DNA from: Podarcis bocagei
Lineage: Eukaryota
DNA length: 64,000 bases
Reading direction: 5' to 3' (one strand)
Assembly (NCBI GenBank): GCA_964188305.1
Contig: OZ076886.1
Shown here: one piece after another, positions 24,635 to 37,935 of the stretch
How positions within the stretch are numbered: position 1 is the first letter of the stretch
Layout of the letters: the number at the start of each line of letters is the position of its first letter
Made by a program: the position numbers and the translations under genes
The notes under the pieces: model-generated
What the model was told of the DNA's origin: nothing
Databases searched by the model: none
Seen by the model: the letters and a program-made list of their open reading frames with translations, nothing else

Positions 24635-26010
24635 TATATTTAAAGTACCCTTATAGCACTTGAACAGTCATAGCTTTCCCCCAAAGAATTATGGGTGCTG
24701 ACCTCGAGGAGCTTTTATTCCCAGCACCCTTAACAAACTGCAGTTCCCAGGATTCTCCATGGCTGTTCCAGCGGTATAAGACCGCTTTGGGTGTGTGCCG
24801 CGTGGATGTGATAACCCAAAACCGCGAAGAATTTCCCAGCTGCAACTTCTCCCCGGCTTCTAGCCGGTTCCTCCTGGCCTCTCCAATAAGTCACCTGCTA
24901 CTCAGCTCCTCGGGCATGAGGGCCAGGATGGCACCCGTTGCCAGCGCAGAAACGGGAGAGTTTGAACGCCGCCAAGGGCAGCCGCACTAGCTCAGGCTCG
25001 GCTTGCGAACAGGGTGACAGTTCGAACCCGCTTCTCCCGTTTGAAAGCCTCCAATATTGCACCACGGAAATGAAAGAGAGTGGTGGTCTTGGTTTCGGTT
25101 ATCCGACCCCTCCGGAGAGTCCAAAGCAACGCTTAGCCTTGGCTTAGCCTCTTCTCAAATATGCTCACCAAAGCCTTCTGTTGTCTATATGCGTATCTAG
25201 ACTTCTGTTGTGTATATGCGTATGTGTGTATGTTGTATATATGTGTGCGTGTATATATATATTTTCTGTTGTATGTATATATGTGTATATATACACAGAG
25301 AGACACGTCTCCATCGCAGCCATTATGTCACATGAGGCTGTGGGCGTATGGGAAGGAACTGGGCGAGAGGGACCCTTCGGAGACCTTTGTCACCGTGAGA
25401 CACAAACCCATTGGACTTCGATGCCGATCTCTGGCGGGGCTGCTGAGGCCCAGCTCTCAGCGTGGGGGCTCGGCCGGGAATGAGAGGAGGCGGGCGGCTT
25501 TCACACAGGAACCCTTCAAAGCAGGATGTCTCGCAACTGAATTCCCTACTGCACCGTGTTTGTTTTGCCTCTCCAAACCAGTCCAACAGCTTCTCATGTG
25601 CGGCCGCACAAGTGCCCAGGGTTATTTATTTAATTTTTGCTACATATTGGTTGCATGCCTTGGCACGACCGTGCTGTATTACCGATGCCAACACCAACCC
25701 TGCCAGATCCCCATTTTTAAACTCCGTGATCCTTGGATGCCCTTCCCACGCGGGGCAGGGTTATTTGGAAATCCACGCGTGGGTGCGCTAAGAACACGCG
25801 GGGAAGGCTCTTTCTCTCGCTCCCCTCCTCCTTCTCACTCTTCCACCCCACCCCACCCCACCCCGCCGCCGCCCGGGGGCTGGTTTGAATATGGCCAGGC
25901 ATCCCTTAGCTAGTCCAAAAGGGGCGCGTCGCCCCTAGGGAGAGGGCGCGCGCAACAGATCCGATAATTCCGCTACAGCAGGCAGAAATCTGGTGTGGGG
26001 GAAGGGGGGA

Positions 26011-26071
<61 letters not shown>

Positions 26072-29000
26072 GGAGGGGTGGGGTGGAGTGGGGAGACTGG
26101 CGACACGAAACTGCAAGCCTGGTTTTCGGATTGATTGGGGAGCAGGGTGGCGCCTTCATTATTTCAGCAGAAAGAGGAACAGAAAGAGAGAAAGGGGCGT
26201 TTTGCAACGCTGCATTGCAGGGTGTTGCCAGCACAGAGGCAAACAGGGAAGGAGGTCCGTAGTGTTGCAATGCAGGTGCGGGATCCCCTTGCGTGACGAC
26301 GGCGAGGCTGGGCTGGGCTGGGCTGCGGGCGAAAAGGTACCAAGGCAGGCTCCCCAAGGCCTCCATTTCCCCCAAGCCCCTTCCTCCGGCCATTTGCTTC
26401 TCTGTCCATTCCTGATGCTTCTGCTTGGATCTGCGGCCATCCCTTTCCAGGTGGACGTGACAAGGTGCTGCCGGAAGGTCCAGCGCCGGTACTGTTTCCG
26501 ATCCACACGGACCGGCAGCGTCTAAAAAGCGGAGGCCCCTCCCCCCCCCCAATCCTAAATATCTGGCTTGGAGATACACTGCGCTGAATTCAGCCAGTTT
26601 TTCTCCATTCCTCTTCCCACCCAGAACTTCGGGAAAACGGAGGAGGGCTAGAAACGCGGTCCTCGAACCTCAGGCAAGACACAGAAACACGGCTTGACAA
26701 GACCACTTCTGAGTGCAGCGCCATCCTATACACGTCTCGTGAGAAGTCATCCCTAGTGAATTCCAGGGGGATTTAGCTCGCAGCTAAATGTGGAAAGAGG
26801 CGATTCTGAATTCCTTTACTGAGTCGGTTTTTCTATCTCGAGAGACGTCTCGGCGGTGGGGATTTCAGACTTTTGGGGGAAAGGAAACGCGCTCGACCTC
26901 CCAAGGGGATTGATGAGCAACCACCATCCACTCGGACCGGTTAAAGTTAAGCCGAAATTGCATGCGCAAACGATTCCAGTTGCCGCAGTCTCAGTTCCTT
27001 TGTTTCAGAGGCTCGGATTCTTCAGCCTTCTACTGTATGTTTTCCAAGACCTTATGCTCAAATCCACTGGGTGATATTTGACCATTCACTTGCTTCCTTT
27101 TGGGGAACAGAGAGAAAGAGAGACTCATTCATTCAGGGTGGGGAGGAAGAGATGACCTCCCCCATCCTCCGAGCCATGTTTCCTAGGAAGCAAATGCCAT
27201 GGGTTTCTGTATGGCCATCCAAGGAACCGGGCTGAGGGACGCGCTTCTTCACCAAAGGGTTTCTCGGCTCTTGCTTATTTACTTATATGCCGCTGCTCCT
27301 CCAAGGGCCTCCGGGAGCCACACACGACCGTACCTTCTTCGTTTTCCCCTCTTAACAATCCTGTGGCGGTAGGTTAGGCTGAGAGCGAAGGACTGGTACT
27401 AAGCGACCCTGAGAACTACATGCCCGAGTGGGTTTTTTGAAGCAGTTGCAGCCCAGCTCTCTAAACAGAACATCTTAGTGGCGTGCTCTTAACCAAGGAA
27501 GTATGACTTTAAACGCAGTTGACTTGCAAATTACCAGATCACCAGTTACCGATACAGCAGATACTTGTACCTGCTTACTCGGAAGTCAGGTCCACCACGT
27601 TCAGGGGCACTTATTCCCCAGTAGGAGAGTATAGGATCGCAGCCCGCAATGAGACCTATTATCGATGGGACTATCTATGGCTGCTCGACTAGAGGAAGGC
27701 TGCGGTGATCCTAAGGCTGCGATGATCCATCCTATAGGCACTGTTACATAGAAGCCAGTCTCACTGGGCACACTGGAAACACGCATAGCTTCTTAAGGAT
27801 ACTCTTAAAGTAAACCACAGGGGTACATCAGTGGGACCTTCCTTTTGACTCAATAAGGTTAGGATCGGGCCAACACAATCTTCTAGACACGTGGCGTGGC
27901 AACATAATCGAAGCCGAGCGCTCATCGGCGACCTGAGAGTGTAAAACGGGCTCTTGCTTGGCCGCCAGTTCGACGTCATTTTCCTCGGGCTAAGGACGTC
28001 GAGGGATCCCTTTCCCCACCGGTTATATGAGTATTTATTAAATTATTATTTATTAAATGACACTGCAGAAGGAAAACGGGAGCTCTCTGAAAGGTCTTCC
28101 TTGCTGCTGCAACTATCTCTTGTCCCCGCAGCTGCTGGGCCATTGGGAACGACTGAATCCGGTTTAGCGGGCCCGGGGTCTTCCAGCAGCCCGGCCCTTC
28201 CCCCTTCTTCAGCAGGAACTCGAGCAGCCTCTGATCATCCGCAGAGCTAGCGAGGCCTTGCCGGGCACGAGGAGTAGCACGCGCAGGAGGATCGCCAAGG
28301 CTGCAGCGGCCGACCGGCTGCGCCAGATTCGCCCGGAGCTCGCCGTGACTCAGGTCTTTGTTCGCAGATCCTGCAACAAGGGCAGCTACAGAAAGTCAGC
28401 GATTCGAGGTAGCCTGGATTCCTTTGCGCAGGCGCAAGGTGCCACGTGGCCCGATCTGGATGAGCTTAACACGCGCTGCGGCGGATCCTCTTCCCGCTCC
28501 GCGCGGGCTGATTCTTGGAGCTGATTTTCTCTTCCTTCGCCGCCGCCCCGCCTCCTCCTTAGAGTTCATCCGAGTGACAGCTTCGTCCCTAAGATGCTGC
28601 GCCCACGATGAAGCTCAGGGCGAAGTCCTGGGAACATGTGAGGTCGAAAGAATGTTATCACTGAACATGCACAGAGTACAGTCAGCCCTACAGGGAGATT
28701 AGGGGATACTAAATCTGTGTCTAGTTTGAATTCCGGTTTGCTTTGCTTGCTATATTAAGAGCTGTGTTCTTGGGGGCTGATAGCGACGCCCCCGCAGGGT
28801 TTTCCAACACCACCGTGATCTTAGCCATAAGGGACCCCCCCTCACTTTCAACAGGGCTCTCAAAGAAGTGGGTTACTTTAGCATCGTATTGGCCAACTTT
28901 GGACTCTGCAAGGAAGGGACAGTCGCCTTCATAAAGTCTGCATGAAACATTTTCACCTTGTTGAACTAGTTTTTCGACCTATTTACAAAGCGGGGGGGGG

Positions 29001-32000
29001 ATGCCTAGCTACCCGCCTCCACAGTCCCCTGGCTTCATTCCTCGAAAGAAGGAGTCCGTTGCCTGCCAAAGCTGTCAAGTTATCCGGTCGATTTCCAAAG
29101 ATCGCCCCACGTGCCCCCTTTCCGCTCCCGCGCTGCCCAGAGTGAAACTCCGGCTGAGAGTCTGAGGGCTTCGCATCGCGTCTTGAGCCGGTGGCTCTCC
29201 GCGCAATTACGCGTCGTCCGCTCCTCAAGCCGGCAAACGGCTATGGATAGAAATCGATTTCTCTCCCAGTCACGGGTTTAAGCGGAGTTATATGGATTAG
29301 ATTCAGATTTATTATGATCGCGAGGGGGTTTTCTTTTAGCAGGTAGTTGTTCTCCTTAGCGGAATCGTATGCGAAACGCGCTGCTTCAGATTGCATATGA
29401 GATCATTTCCCCCATCATAAAGAGCTTGTTGTCTTTTATCGAAGTTCTTTGGAGCAGCTGAGAAACGCGGGTGTTTTGTTTTCAGCAGGGAGCTACAGTG
29501 CTTCGAGTTGAAGGAGAATCAGATTTGGACTGGGACTCAGAGAACGTTTAGAAGTGGAAATCGCCTTGTGCTTGTGAAGCTGAGGGTTTATTTATTTTTT
29601 TAACCACTGGGAAGCTAAACGCTGTAAGTAGAAAAGGGGGGAGGGCGAGGCAGTAAAAATAAAATATGAACCGAGGTGTTGGTTCTATACGATTCTACGG
29701 AAATAGAAGAATATCTTTTCAGGGGGCTATGGATTTGGGATCGCCAAAGCACCTGAGGGTTTAAATTAATAACCGCATAAAGGAATCCTATGGACTTGGA
29801 CATTGGAAAACTTCATAGCATTTGGAGATATCAGGGTTTGCTGGGAAGATCTGCGTTTTCTGTAGGAAGTGGGTGGAGATACCTGATTGTTCAGGGAAAG
29901 ACCTCAGCTTTCAATTTCTGTTTAGGATCTGCCTTTTGTGATTTATAGGACCAATAAGCTAACCTGCCAGAGGGAATGAATGGCTAGACAGGGACCACTG
30001 CACTGCTAGTTTGGTCCTTCTGTGGGCCACTAGCCACGCCTGCAGGCAAAACTAGCAGAGTTGTGAGATGCCCCTTGAGGGATGTAACGACCACACAACC
30101 TTTGGACCAATGGTCTTTGGGACCATCCATTCAAGGTGAAGAAAATTGTGTAAGTGGTTTAGGTCAGAGGCAGGGGACATGCTACCTCCTGGTACAACAT
30201 GTGGTTGTACTCCAACTCTCATCAGCCCCAGCCATCATGGCCACCGGTTAGAGATTATGGGAGTTGTAGTTCATCAAACATTTGGAGGGCCTCAGGATCC
30301 CAATCTCTGCTTTACAAATTAAGGTGATACTTAATAGCCAGGAACAAAGCTGGTAAACAGAACAATGCAAGTCATCATCTTTCTTTTCTCTAAACACTTC
30401 TTCCAGATTATCTTCATTTTAGCTGAGGCAAGTGAAAAACACCTGTCATTCAGATTTTAGGCATCTGGAAGAGGAAGTGTCATGCACTCTGTTGCAATAA
30501 TCTAAGAACGTTGTTAGTTCCCTTAAATTAAAACAGAAATATATTTACAGATAAAGAAATACCAGATTAATGTGGAACACATTATTTGAAATAGCAAGTG
30601 TGTAATATACTGGAAACAAGTGTTTGAGTCAAACAGAACTGATTCTCAGACCAGGTGCCTCCTTGTTGTTGTTTTAAATGGATGACCATCTAATAGGTGC
30701 AGGGACACTGTAGTCATGTATTTCCTACACCTAAAGGGGTTGGACTGGGCAACTTCTGAGGTCCCTTCCAACCCTATGACTCTACAAACGTACATGATAT
30801 TTTGCTACACTGCTGTTGAGCTAGACTTCCTGCATATTGATAATGAAAAACTGTACAAACAGCTGATAAAATGCGTGCAGCCATGTGTGCAGTTTTGGCA
30901 AATCACCAACTCAAGGTCAAGTTTTGAATCCTAAAATGTGCATTTTGCATTTGAAACACATTGGACCTTACAATACAAATTGACCTTCGGATGCTGATTC
31001 ACACATAAGGTTAAGAATATACACCATGGTGTTTGAAATGGTTCCTTTATTTATATATATTAATACCCCACTTTTCTTAGACAAAGTGGTTCTGGATCCT
31101 TTCCTGTTACACAACATTTAAAAATGATATTTATATAACAACAGGATAAATAAATAAATGCTATAAATTCCAATTGCCTTCATAAAGCTCACGAGAATGC
31201 TCCCCGTAGTTTGAAAGCATCTCTTCCATACTCTTGTTGCATGATGTTTTTGTGGGAAAATCTGCAGTCAATATGACAATTATGTTTGCTAAATAAGTAT
31301 GTGAAGGGGTTAAGACTCTCAGAGTTCCTGTATTCCAGTATTCATATCCCCTATTTCCATGTAGTGGGAAATGGAATGAAGGATCTTAACCTTTTCTCCT
31401 TCCTCTTTGCTTCAGTCATTATCTTATTTTTAAGACAGTGATGTGAGCTGACGTACAAGCCTGGCTCTGCTCAGAACCCAGACTCCACTTCAGAGACTAA
31501 TTTTGCATTTTAAAACTAAGAAGTATTTTTACCTGTATACTACTTTGATGTATTTGCTGCCTGCATCAAAATGTAAGTAAACATTTTTTAAAAATAAACT
31601 AAAATGTGTGGTTCATTCTTAGCAATGGGAAAAAAGAGGGGAAGGTCAGCAGACCTCAAATAAACAGGTATAAAAATGTATGATTGACCAATTCCAAGCT
31701 TCCAGTAAGATGTAAAAATGCATAAGTGTTTTGACTCTGCTAAAAGGGTTTCACAGTCTGTTTACTCTCATATTTCTCCCATACATGTGGGACAGGAGGC
31801 TCAAATTTTAATTTACAGATTTAAGGGCACAATCCTCCTTGAGATTCTGCCAAGTCTAGTTTTATATTTATAGAGCATATGTAAAATATTTAAAATAATT
31901 TAGTATTCAATATAAAGTGAGTTCTTGCTAATAAAAGTTTATTGTACAGTAGTTGAATTTTTTCCATATAGCATCCGCAAAGACATTTTGGAAATTTTTG

Positions 32001-33438
32001 ACATTTGGTGTGGCTAGTCATTTTATTGATACTTTTCAAAACCTGCCTTGCAAACTGAGCAAGCCTGTACTGTAATGGAAGAGTAATGTAAATATTCTAA
32101 ATCAAGATCCTTGATGTGAAGGTTATAAGGAGAATCAGATTACATTTTATTGGTGTGATAGCCAGTGCATCAAATTGCCTTATGACTGGATCTGATTGAG
32201 GCTTGATCAGCCAAGAATTCACTCAACAGCTATCCTGGGTAAATTTCTAAGTTTTGGTCTCTGTCCCCATAAGCAAAATGGAAAATATAACTTCCATCTG
32301 CAAGGTTGTATTTTATTATAGTTTTTAATAAATATATGTGAACTGGTAATAATGATAGCAATTGACTAATTAATCATCGCTGAAGAGATTGCTATTTAGC
32401 TTTCTCATCTCAGCCGAATCCCATCTCTTCTCAAAAAAGGCATTTATGATACCCACCATGTTATCATTAGAGTTACCCTATGAGAGATAGCGCTTGACCC
32501 AATGTCACCTAGAGAGTTTCATGGCTTAATACAGAACTTGAACTCAGGTCTAACTGCAGCACTCTTTTTGTTATAACATACTAGTCTATTAGGGACATTC
32601 TCTGGTCTCTGTTTTTGTGAGATATGCTTTAATGAGCAGGAGAGGATATATTAATTGCAATTGAGCCCTCCAGATGCCCATGTGTGTGGGTTGAACAGTT
32701 TCAAAGAGAGAAGAACAGGAAGTACTATATGCTCCTTCCAGGAGAGGAAGGGAAGTGACATCACACAGAGCCCTCTCTACCAACTGTATTTCTATGGTCT
32801 GGCCCCTTGTCATGCTAACTAGCATTTGTTAGATTTGGCTGCTAATCTCCCACAGTTTTAGGCTCTGTGCTGATCTCTCTGCCGGTAGCTGTATAATATG
32901 GTATAGTAATTTTTCTTTAAAATGCAGAATCCATCCCCACCAAAACCAACCAACCAGCCAACCACCAACATGAATGAAGAGGCAGGGCCAAGTGGAAGGA
33001 AGCCAAACCTCTGTTTTCCTTCGAACAGTGAGTCACTCTACTACACATACCCAACCCATCAGTAATTTTGTTTTATATTATAAAGTAGGCCAAGATGTAC
33101 GCTTGGCCTATTAAAACAAATCCCTTTGCATCGTAGTCTTCTCTGAATGCTGTGTCCCAAACATTAAAAGCAGTTGTAGATTTCGTCACATTCATAAAGC
33201 TGTGTGCCATTCTTGCTGTATGTGTGTGTGTGTGTTTGAGTGAATTTTGACTGAGTTTTCTCATATACAAAGTTTTAACTGTAGATTTCTGATGAGGGGT
33301 TTCGTACTGTGAAGTACAACACTTTACAAGTAAGTGTCTGTGTTTGATTGTGAAATTCTGGTTCTCTGAGAAGCCAGAGATTAGGTGTGATTAAGTAGAT
33401 CCCCAACAAGGTGTCCATGTTAACTTCCCAATTCCTCA

Positions 33439-34324
33439 CAGACCCTCCAAGTGTCCCTATTTTCCAGGGATAGTCCCAGATTCACAGAAGCCATCCTGGT
33501 TTCTGATTCGATCCTAGAATGTCCACTTTTCCTTAGGACATCCGTACTATCATCGGAGAAATGTTGGAGGGTATGGAGTTATCCGACCCATGAGCCATCT
33601 GAAGGTAGCCCTGTATAGGGATTTTTTAAAATGTTTAATGTTTTATTATGTTTTTGCATATGTTGGCAGCTGCCCAGAGTGGCAAGCCAGCGTAGCTGTC
33701 AACTTACAGATTTGAAAATAAGGGACCAGCAGCCTCAAAAATAAGGGATCAGCAGCCAAAATAAGGGATTTTCAGAGCACAGCGATGTTCAACTTCTGAG
33801 CCCCTCCGAGCCAAAGGCAGAAAGCCCAGCCAGCACCCAAACGAAGCCTCAAGCGGTGGTTCCCATAGCGCTGTAACCCAGCAAAGGGGCTGCAGCAAGG
33901 AAAACCACTGTCACCTCTCCGCTGGGAAGCGCTGAGCAAAGGCGAGTCCCCAGGCAACGTGGCCGATTTGATCGGCACAAAGCATGCAAGCTCCACCCCC
34001 AGTTGTTCTTAGACTCCTTATTGGGTGAGCAACGCAGCCAAACAACACAGTTGGAGCCTCCCTCCTCCCTGGCTGGCAGGGAGGGAGGGAGAGGAGCTGC
34101 TTCCTTTGAAACCTGGGAAATTTAAGGGACATCATCAATAAGGGACAGCAGCGGGACACGGCGCTGGGATAAGGGACTTTCCTGTCAAATAAGGGGCGGT
34201 TGACAGCTATGCGACACAGTCAGATGGGTGGGGTATAAATAGTAAAATTCTTCCTCCTCCTCCTCCTCTTCTTCTTCTTGAATAGGACGTCCCTATTTTC
34301 ATCAGAGAAATGTTGGAGGGCATG
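33439..34324. mobile_element. Composite DNA element (ca[t/g]accctccaa...ttggaggg[t/c]atg ends) containing an L2-like 3' fragment and a nested hAT MITE
   Basis: Left end cagaccctccaa at 33439; matching right ends at 33575 and 34324; L2-like tail at ~33594-33690 resuming at 34212-34245. Confidence 0.6.
33691..34211. mobile_element. hAT-type non-autonomous element (CATAGCTGTCAAC TIR family)
   Basis: cgtagctgtcaac / gttgacagctatg ends; repeated subterminal aaataaggga motifs. Confidence 0.8.
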
Positions 34325-35072
34325 TACTCAGTCAATTAAACTTATGAATCGAAGAACACAGGTAGCCTGAGCCTATGCAAATAACCTCCAAAGAGATTTC
34401 CCACCCAAGTCAGTGTACACGAGACTGGAACTTTAAACTGTTTAAATAAGCTTAGGTTTGCTTAGTCTAATGATTTGTGGGTCACATTGTCGGCTTCTGT
34501 CCTTATGTATCACAATACCACTCCAGCTGAATTCTGATGAATAATTTGCTGGCTAAGAAACTAGAATCTTAAGCAGAAATTATGTGCCTAGCTACATGGT
34601 TGCAATTCCAGTAGCGCGTAATATTATTTTTTTAAATGATATTATTATAATTACATGTTTATACTATCCTTCCTGCAAGGAGCTCAGGGCATGCATAGCA
34701 ACATACATAGCATACACCCTTTTTTATCTTCACAAGAACTCTGACATGTGATGGTGTTTGGAGTTTAAATGCACCACATTTAAACATGGGGCATAAAAAC
34801 AGAACTTAACACACTGAATCACTGTTGGAAGAACACACTTTACCCTGGCTACAATGACATTGAGACTCTGAGGTTAGGAAAATAAGAAAACAACGTTTAT
34901 TGCAGGAAATACACATGCTTAATAGGAAAACTTCCAGTCCTAACTCACTAAGGTGCAGAATGCAATGAGCCATGCCTGCTGCTACATCTCAGCAGGACAG
35001 AAATCCAAAAGATACAGTTTCTCTTCCTCCAAGCTAAGGATGAAGAAGGAAGTAGGAAATGAGGTCCTAAAA

Positions 35073-35198
35073 CAGGCTTCCTCAATCTCGGCCCTCCAGA
35101 TGTTTTTTGGCCTACAACTCCCATGATCCCTAGCTAGCAGGACCAGTGGTCAGGGATGATGGGAATTGTAGTCTCAAAACATCTGGAGGTTGAAGAAG
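35073..35198. mobile_element. Short palindromic MITE (actacaa[c/t]tcccat...atggga[a/g]ttgtagt family)
   Basis: Self-complementary arms. Same family at ~509-635, ~2740-2850, ~30171-30310, 48061-48186, ~51410-51520, ~57600-57711 and 61291-61407. Confidence 0.75.
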
Positions 35199-35318
35199 AT
35201 ATCAGTCCAGCCCAAAGGGGGGGGGGTCAATACTGGTTGAAGAACAGTCTAGGAAGCTTAGGGGTTCCATTCTCTTTATCTACTCTTTTCTATGCAGACA
35301 CACCGACCTCTAGTGCCC

Positions 35319-35357
<39 letters not shown>

Positions 35358-35499
35358 TAAAATAGGATAAGTAGCCAACCCCTGTTCTTTGCCTCCGACG
35401 TATGGTAATTAAGAGATGTCACCCTCTCTAAATAGTGAACTTGGGTGGACCAGTATCCAACAGTTCGGGAGCAAAACAGGGCCACTGAAAAATAAAGTA

Positions 35500-35751
35500 C
35501 AGGGGTACCTTGGTTTATGAACTTAATCCGTTCCGGAAGTCTGTTCTTAAACCAAAGCATTCTTAAATCATGGTGTGCTTTCCCATAGCAGCGGGGGACT
35601 CAATTTACAAATGGGACACACTCAACAGGAAACGGAACATGTTCTGCTTCCAAAGCAAAGTTCACAAACCAAAACACCTACTTCTGGGTTTGCAGCATTC
35701 TTGATCCAAGTTGTTCATAAACTAAGCTGTTCTGAAACCAAGGTACCACTG
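35500..35751. mobile_element. Tc1/mariner MITE, related subfamily
   Basis: TA-caggggtaccttggttt...aaaccaaggtaccactg-TA. Confidence 0.85.
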
Positions 35752-35798
35752 TAATGGTTTCTATATAGCTGGGAGATCTCTAGGTCTGCAGAAGTATA

Positions 35799-36040
35799 CA
35801 GTGGTACCTCGGGTTACATACACTTCAGGTTACATACGCTTCAAGATACAGACTCCGCTAACCCAGAAATAGTACCTCAGGTTAAGAACTTTGCTTCAGG
35901 ATGAGAAGAGAAATCATGCTCCGGCGGCGCAGCAGCAGCAGGAGGCCCCGTTAGCTAAAGTGGTGCTTCAGGTTCAGAACAGTTTCAGGTTAAGAACGGA
36001 CCTCCAGAATGAATTAAGTACTTAACCCGAGGTACCACTG
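35799..36040. mobile_element. Tc1/mariner MITE, 242 bp
   Basis: TIR cagtggtacctcggg / cccgaggtaccactg; same family and orientation as 24393-24634. Confidence 0.92.
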
Positions 36041-36202
36041 TCTACAGTATGATTGAAAAAAATGCACTAAACACAAAACACACCTGGTTGTCCAGGACCT
36101 GTGAACTTCTAGGGTATGTGGAGAGTCGAGGTATTAGCTTGGGGGGGGGATGAAAGGGGAGGAAGTGGAAAGGAGAAGAGGGAACCAAGTGTCTTGGAAT
36201 TA

Positions 36203-36574
36203 CCGTATTTTTTGCTCTATAAGACACACTTTTCTCCCCCTAAAAAGTAAGGGGAAATGTGTGTGCATCTTATGGAGCGAGTGCAGGCCCCATGGCTTCA
36301 GCGAAAGCAATGCGAAGCCTCCAGAGCGCAGCGGGACCACTCCTGTTGTGCTTCGGAGGCTTCACTTTGCTGGAGAGGCGCTGTGCCGCTTTCCCTCTCT
36401 GCGCAGTGCCCCTTCAGTGAAGCAGGCGGAGAAATGGAAGGGGCTCCGTTTCTCCTGCCGCTTCGCTGAAGGGGCACTGCACAGAGATGGAGAGAATTTT
36501 TGTTTGTTTGTTCTCCCACTCTGAAACTAGGTGCGTCTTATGGTCGGGTGCGTCCTATAGTGCAGAAAATATGG
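36203..36574. mobile_element. Tc1/mariner (Tc2/pogo-like) MITE
   Basis: TA-ccgtattttttgctctataagacacac...gtgcgtcctatagtgcagaaaatatgg-TA. Confidence 0.75.
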
Positions 36575-36701
36575 TAGTGCTGGAAAAGGTGCTCTGTGAG
36601 GAATTTCCAAGAGAAGAGAAGGTAAAAACACCCCCTCCCTGTCATACAGCCATAAAATGCTCAGATTCATCAGCGGCTGCAGCCAGTGCCACTCTTTAGT
36701 G

Positions 36702-37167
36702 CAGCAGCAGAAAAACCTTTTCAGCCAGGGTTTCCAACTTGAATAAAACATCGAGGAGGCCCAGGTAAGCCCCGCCCTGCAGAATCGATCACATGACACA
36801 GTGCACACACACACCATCTGAATGGGAATGGTCATCAACTTTGTGGGGGCCGAAGCCCCACAGCTCCTAGGAGTTGGCTCCTATGTTTTCAGCCCAAGAG
36901 TAGCATTACCTTATGGGTAACCTCCCAGGCGTCAGGGCAGGACCAGATGCAAAAGTGGCCAGAGCAACAGATGCGACTTTTAACCCTTGAATGGTAAGCC
37001 ACATCTTAGAAGCAGAAGCCAGAAGCTTCTCCAGGCACCTCATGTGTTCAAGGAGACATTCCAGTCATGGAGGGAGCAGAGCAGGGTCGGTAAGGGGTGT
37101 GACTTAATATGGAGGGATGTTTCCTGGGAGAGAGTTTAGGCCCTGGACCTGATGCTCCTCACCCCTG
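36702..37167. mobile_element. Older hAT element with a nested younger MITE
   Basis: 8-bp TSD ctttagtg / ctatagtg; right end cacccctg. Confidence 0.6.
36726..36885. mobile_element. hAT-type MITE
   Basis: Perfect 8-bp TSD ttttcagc (36718-36725, 36886-36893); homologous to 10802-10984. Confidence 0.85.
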
Positions 37168-37313
37168 CTATAGTGCTACACAGAGTAGTAAAAAAAGACC
37201 AGGGTGGGGAAATCAGATGTTTTCTCTATCTTACCTCATCATTGATACTTCCACTCCCACCCCCAACTGACCTCTTTACCACCTGAGCAGCACTGCAAGG
37301 CTCCTGCTCCAGG

Positions 37314-37501
37314 CATAGCTGTCAACCTTCCCTTTTCTTGCGGGAAATTACCTTATTCCAGAGCCGTTTCCCGCTGCTTCCCGCTGCTATTCCGGATTGT
37401 TAGATATCCCATAGACTGTCCCTGGGACAGGTGAGGCTGCTGATCCCTTATTTTTGAGGCTGCTGCTCCCTTATTTTCAAATCTGAAAGTTGACAGCTAT
37501 G
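37314..37501. mobile_element. hAT-type MITE (CATAGCTGTCAAC family)
   Basis: Perfect TIR catagctgtcaac / gttgacagctatg; TSD gctccagg / gttccagg. Confidence 0.88.
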
Positions 37502-37520
37502 GTTCCAGGTTACCTGAGGC

Positions 37521-37669
37521 CAGTGGGTTTTTTCCGGGGGGGGGGGATGCAGGGGGATGCATACCCCTAAACATTTTGTGAATCTAAGTTTGGCCTCATT
37601 GAGGGGCAGTATTTCAATATGAGTAGGAAAATGAGTATCCCTAACCATTTTTTTTAGAAAACAGCACTG
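37521..37669. mobile_element. hAT-type MITE
   Basis: Ends cagtgggtttttt / aaaacagcactg; TSD cctgaggc / ccttaggc. Confidence 0.8.
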
Positions 37670-37677
37670 CCTTAGGC

Positions 37678-37935
37678 CATTGACATAGTCAGGATTTAGA
37701 CTATGGATGGGGGGGGGGCAGGGGGGCAGGACACCCACCTGCCATCATCCTCTGTCTGGCTCTGCCTAGCAGATTCGGAATGAAACATCTCAACAGTTAT
37801 TTTAAATCGCTTTCTTTTGACCCAGGTGCTCGGAAAAATCTGTCAAAATCTCTCTACAATTTCTACTTTTAGTTAAGTATTTTTATTTGTGTACCTGATT
37901 TAGGGGAGCAGCTGCCCCCCACGGCTACACCCATG
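37678..37935. mobile_element. hAT-type MITE (catgggcgtagcc-like ends)
   Basis: Ends cattgacatagtc / ggctacacccatg; flanked by ccttaggc / cctgaggc. Confidence 0.65.

Noticed and set aside
25161-25913. 250-aa plus-strand ORF
   Set aside because: Begins in a degenerate (TA/TG)n tract and continues through GC-rich sequence; no domain or codon signature.
29481-29497. CTCF site at the CpG-domain boundary
   Set aside because: cagcagggagct is one G short of the CTCF core; not supportable without a PWM scan or ChIP.
1-30000. CBX8 or CBX2 coding exons
   Set aside because: I looked for chromodomain-type sequence (MELSAVGE.., WEPEENILD) and found none; any such gene must lie outside the window.
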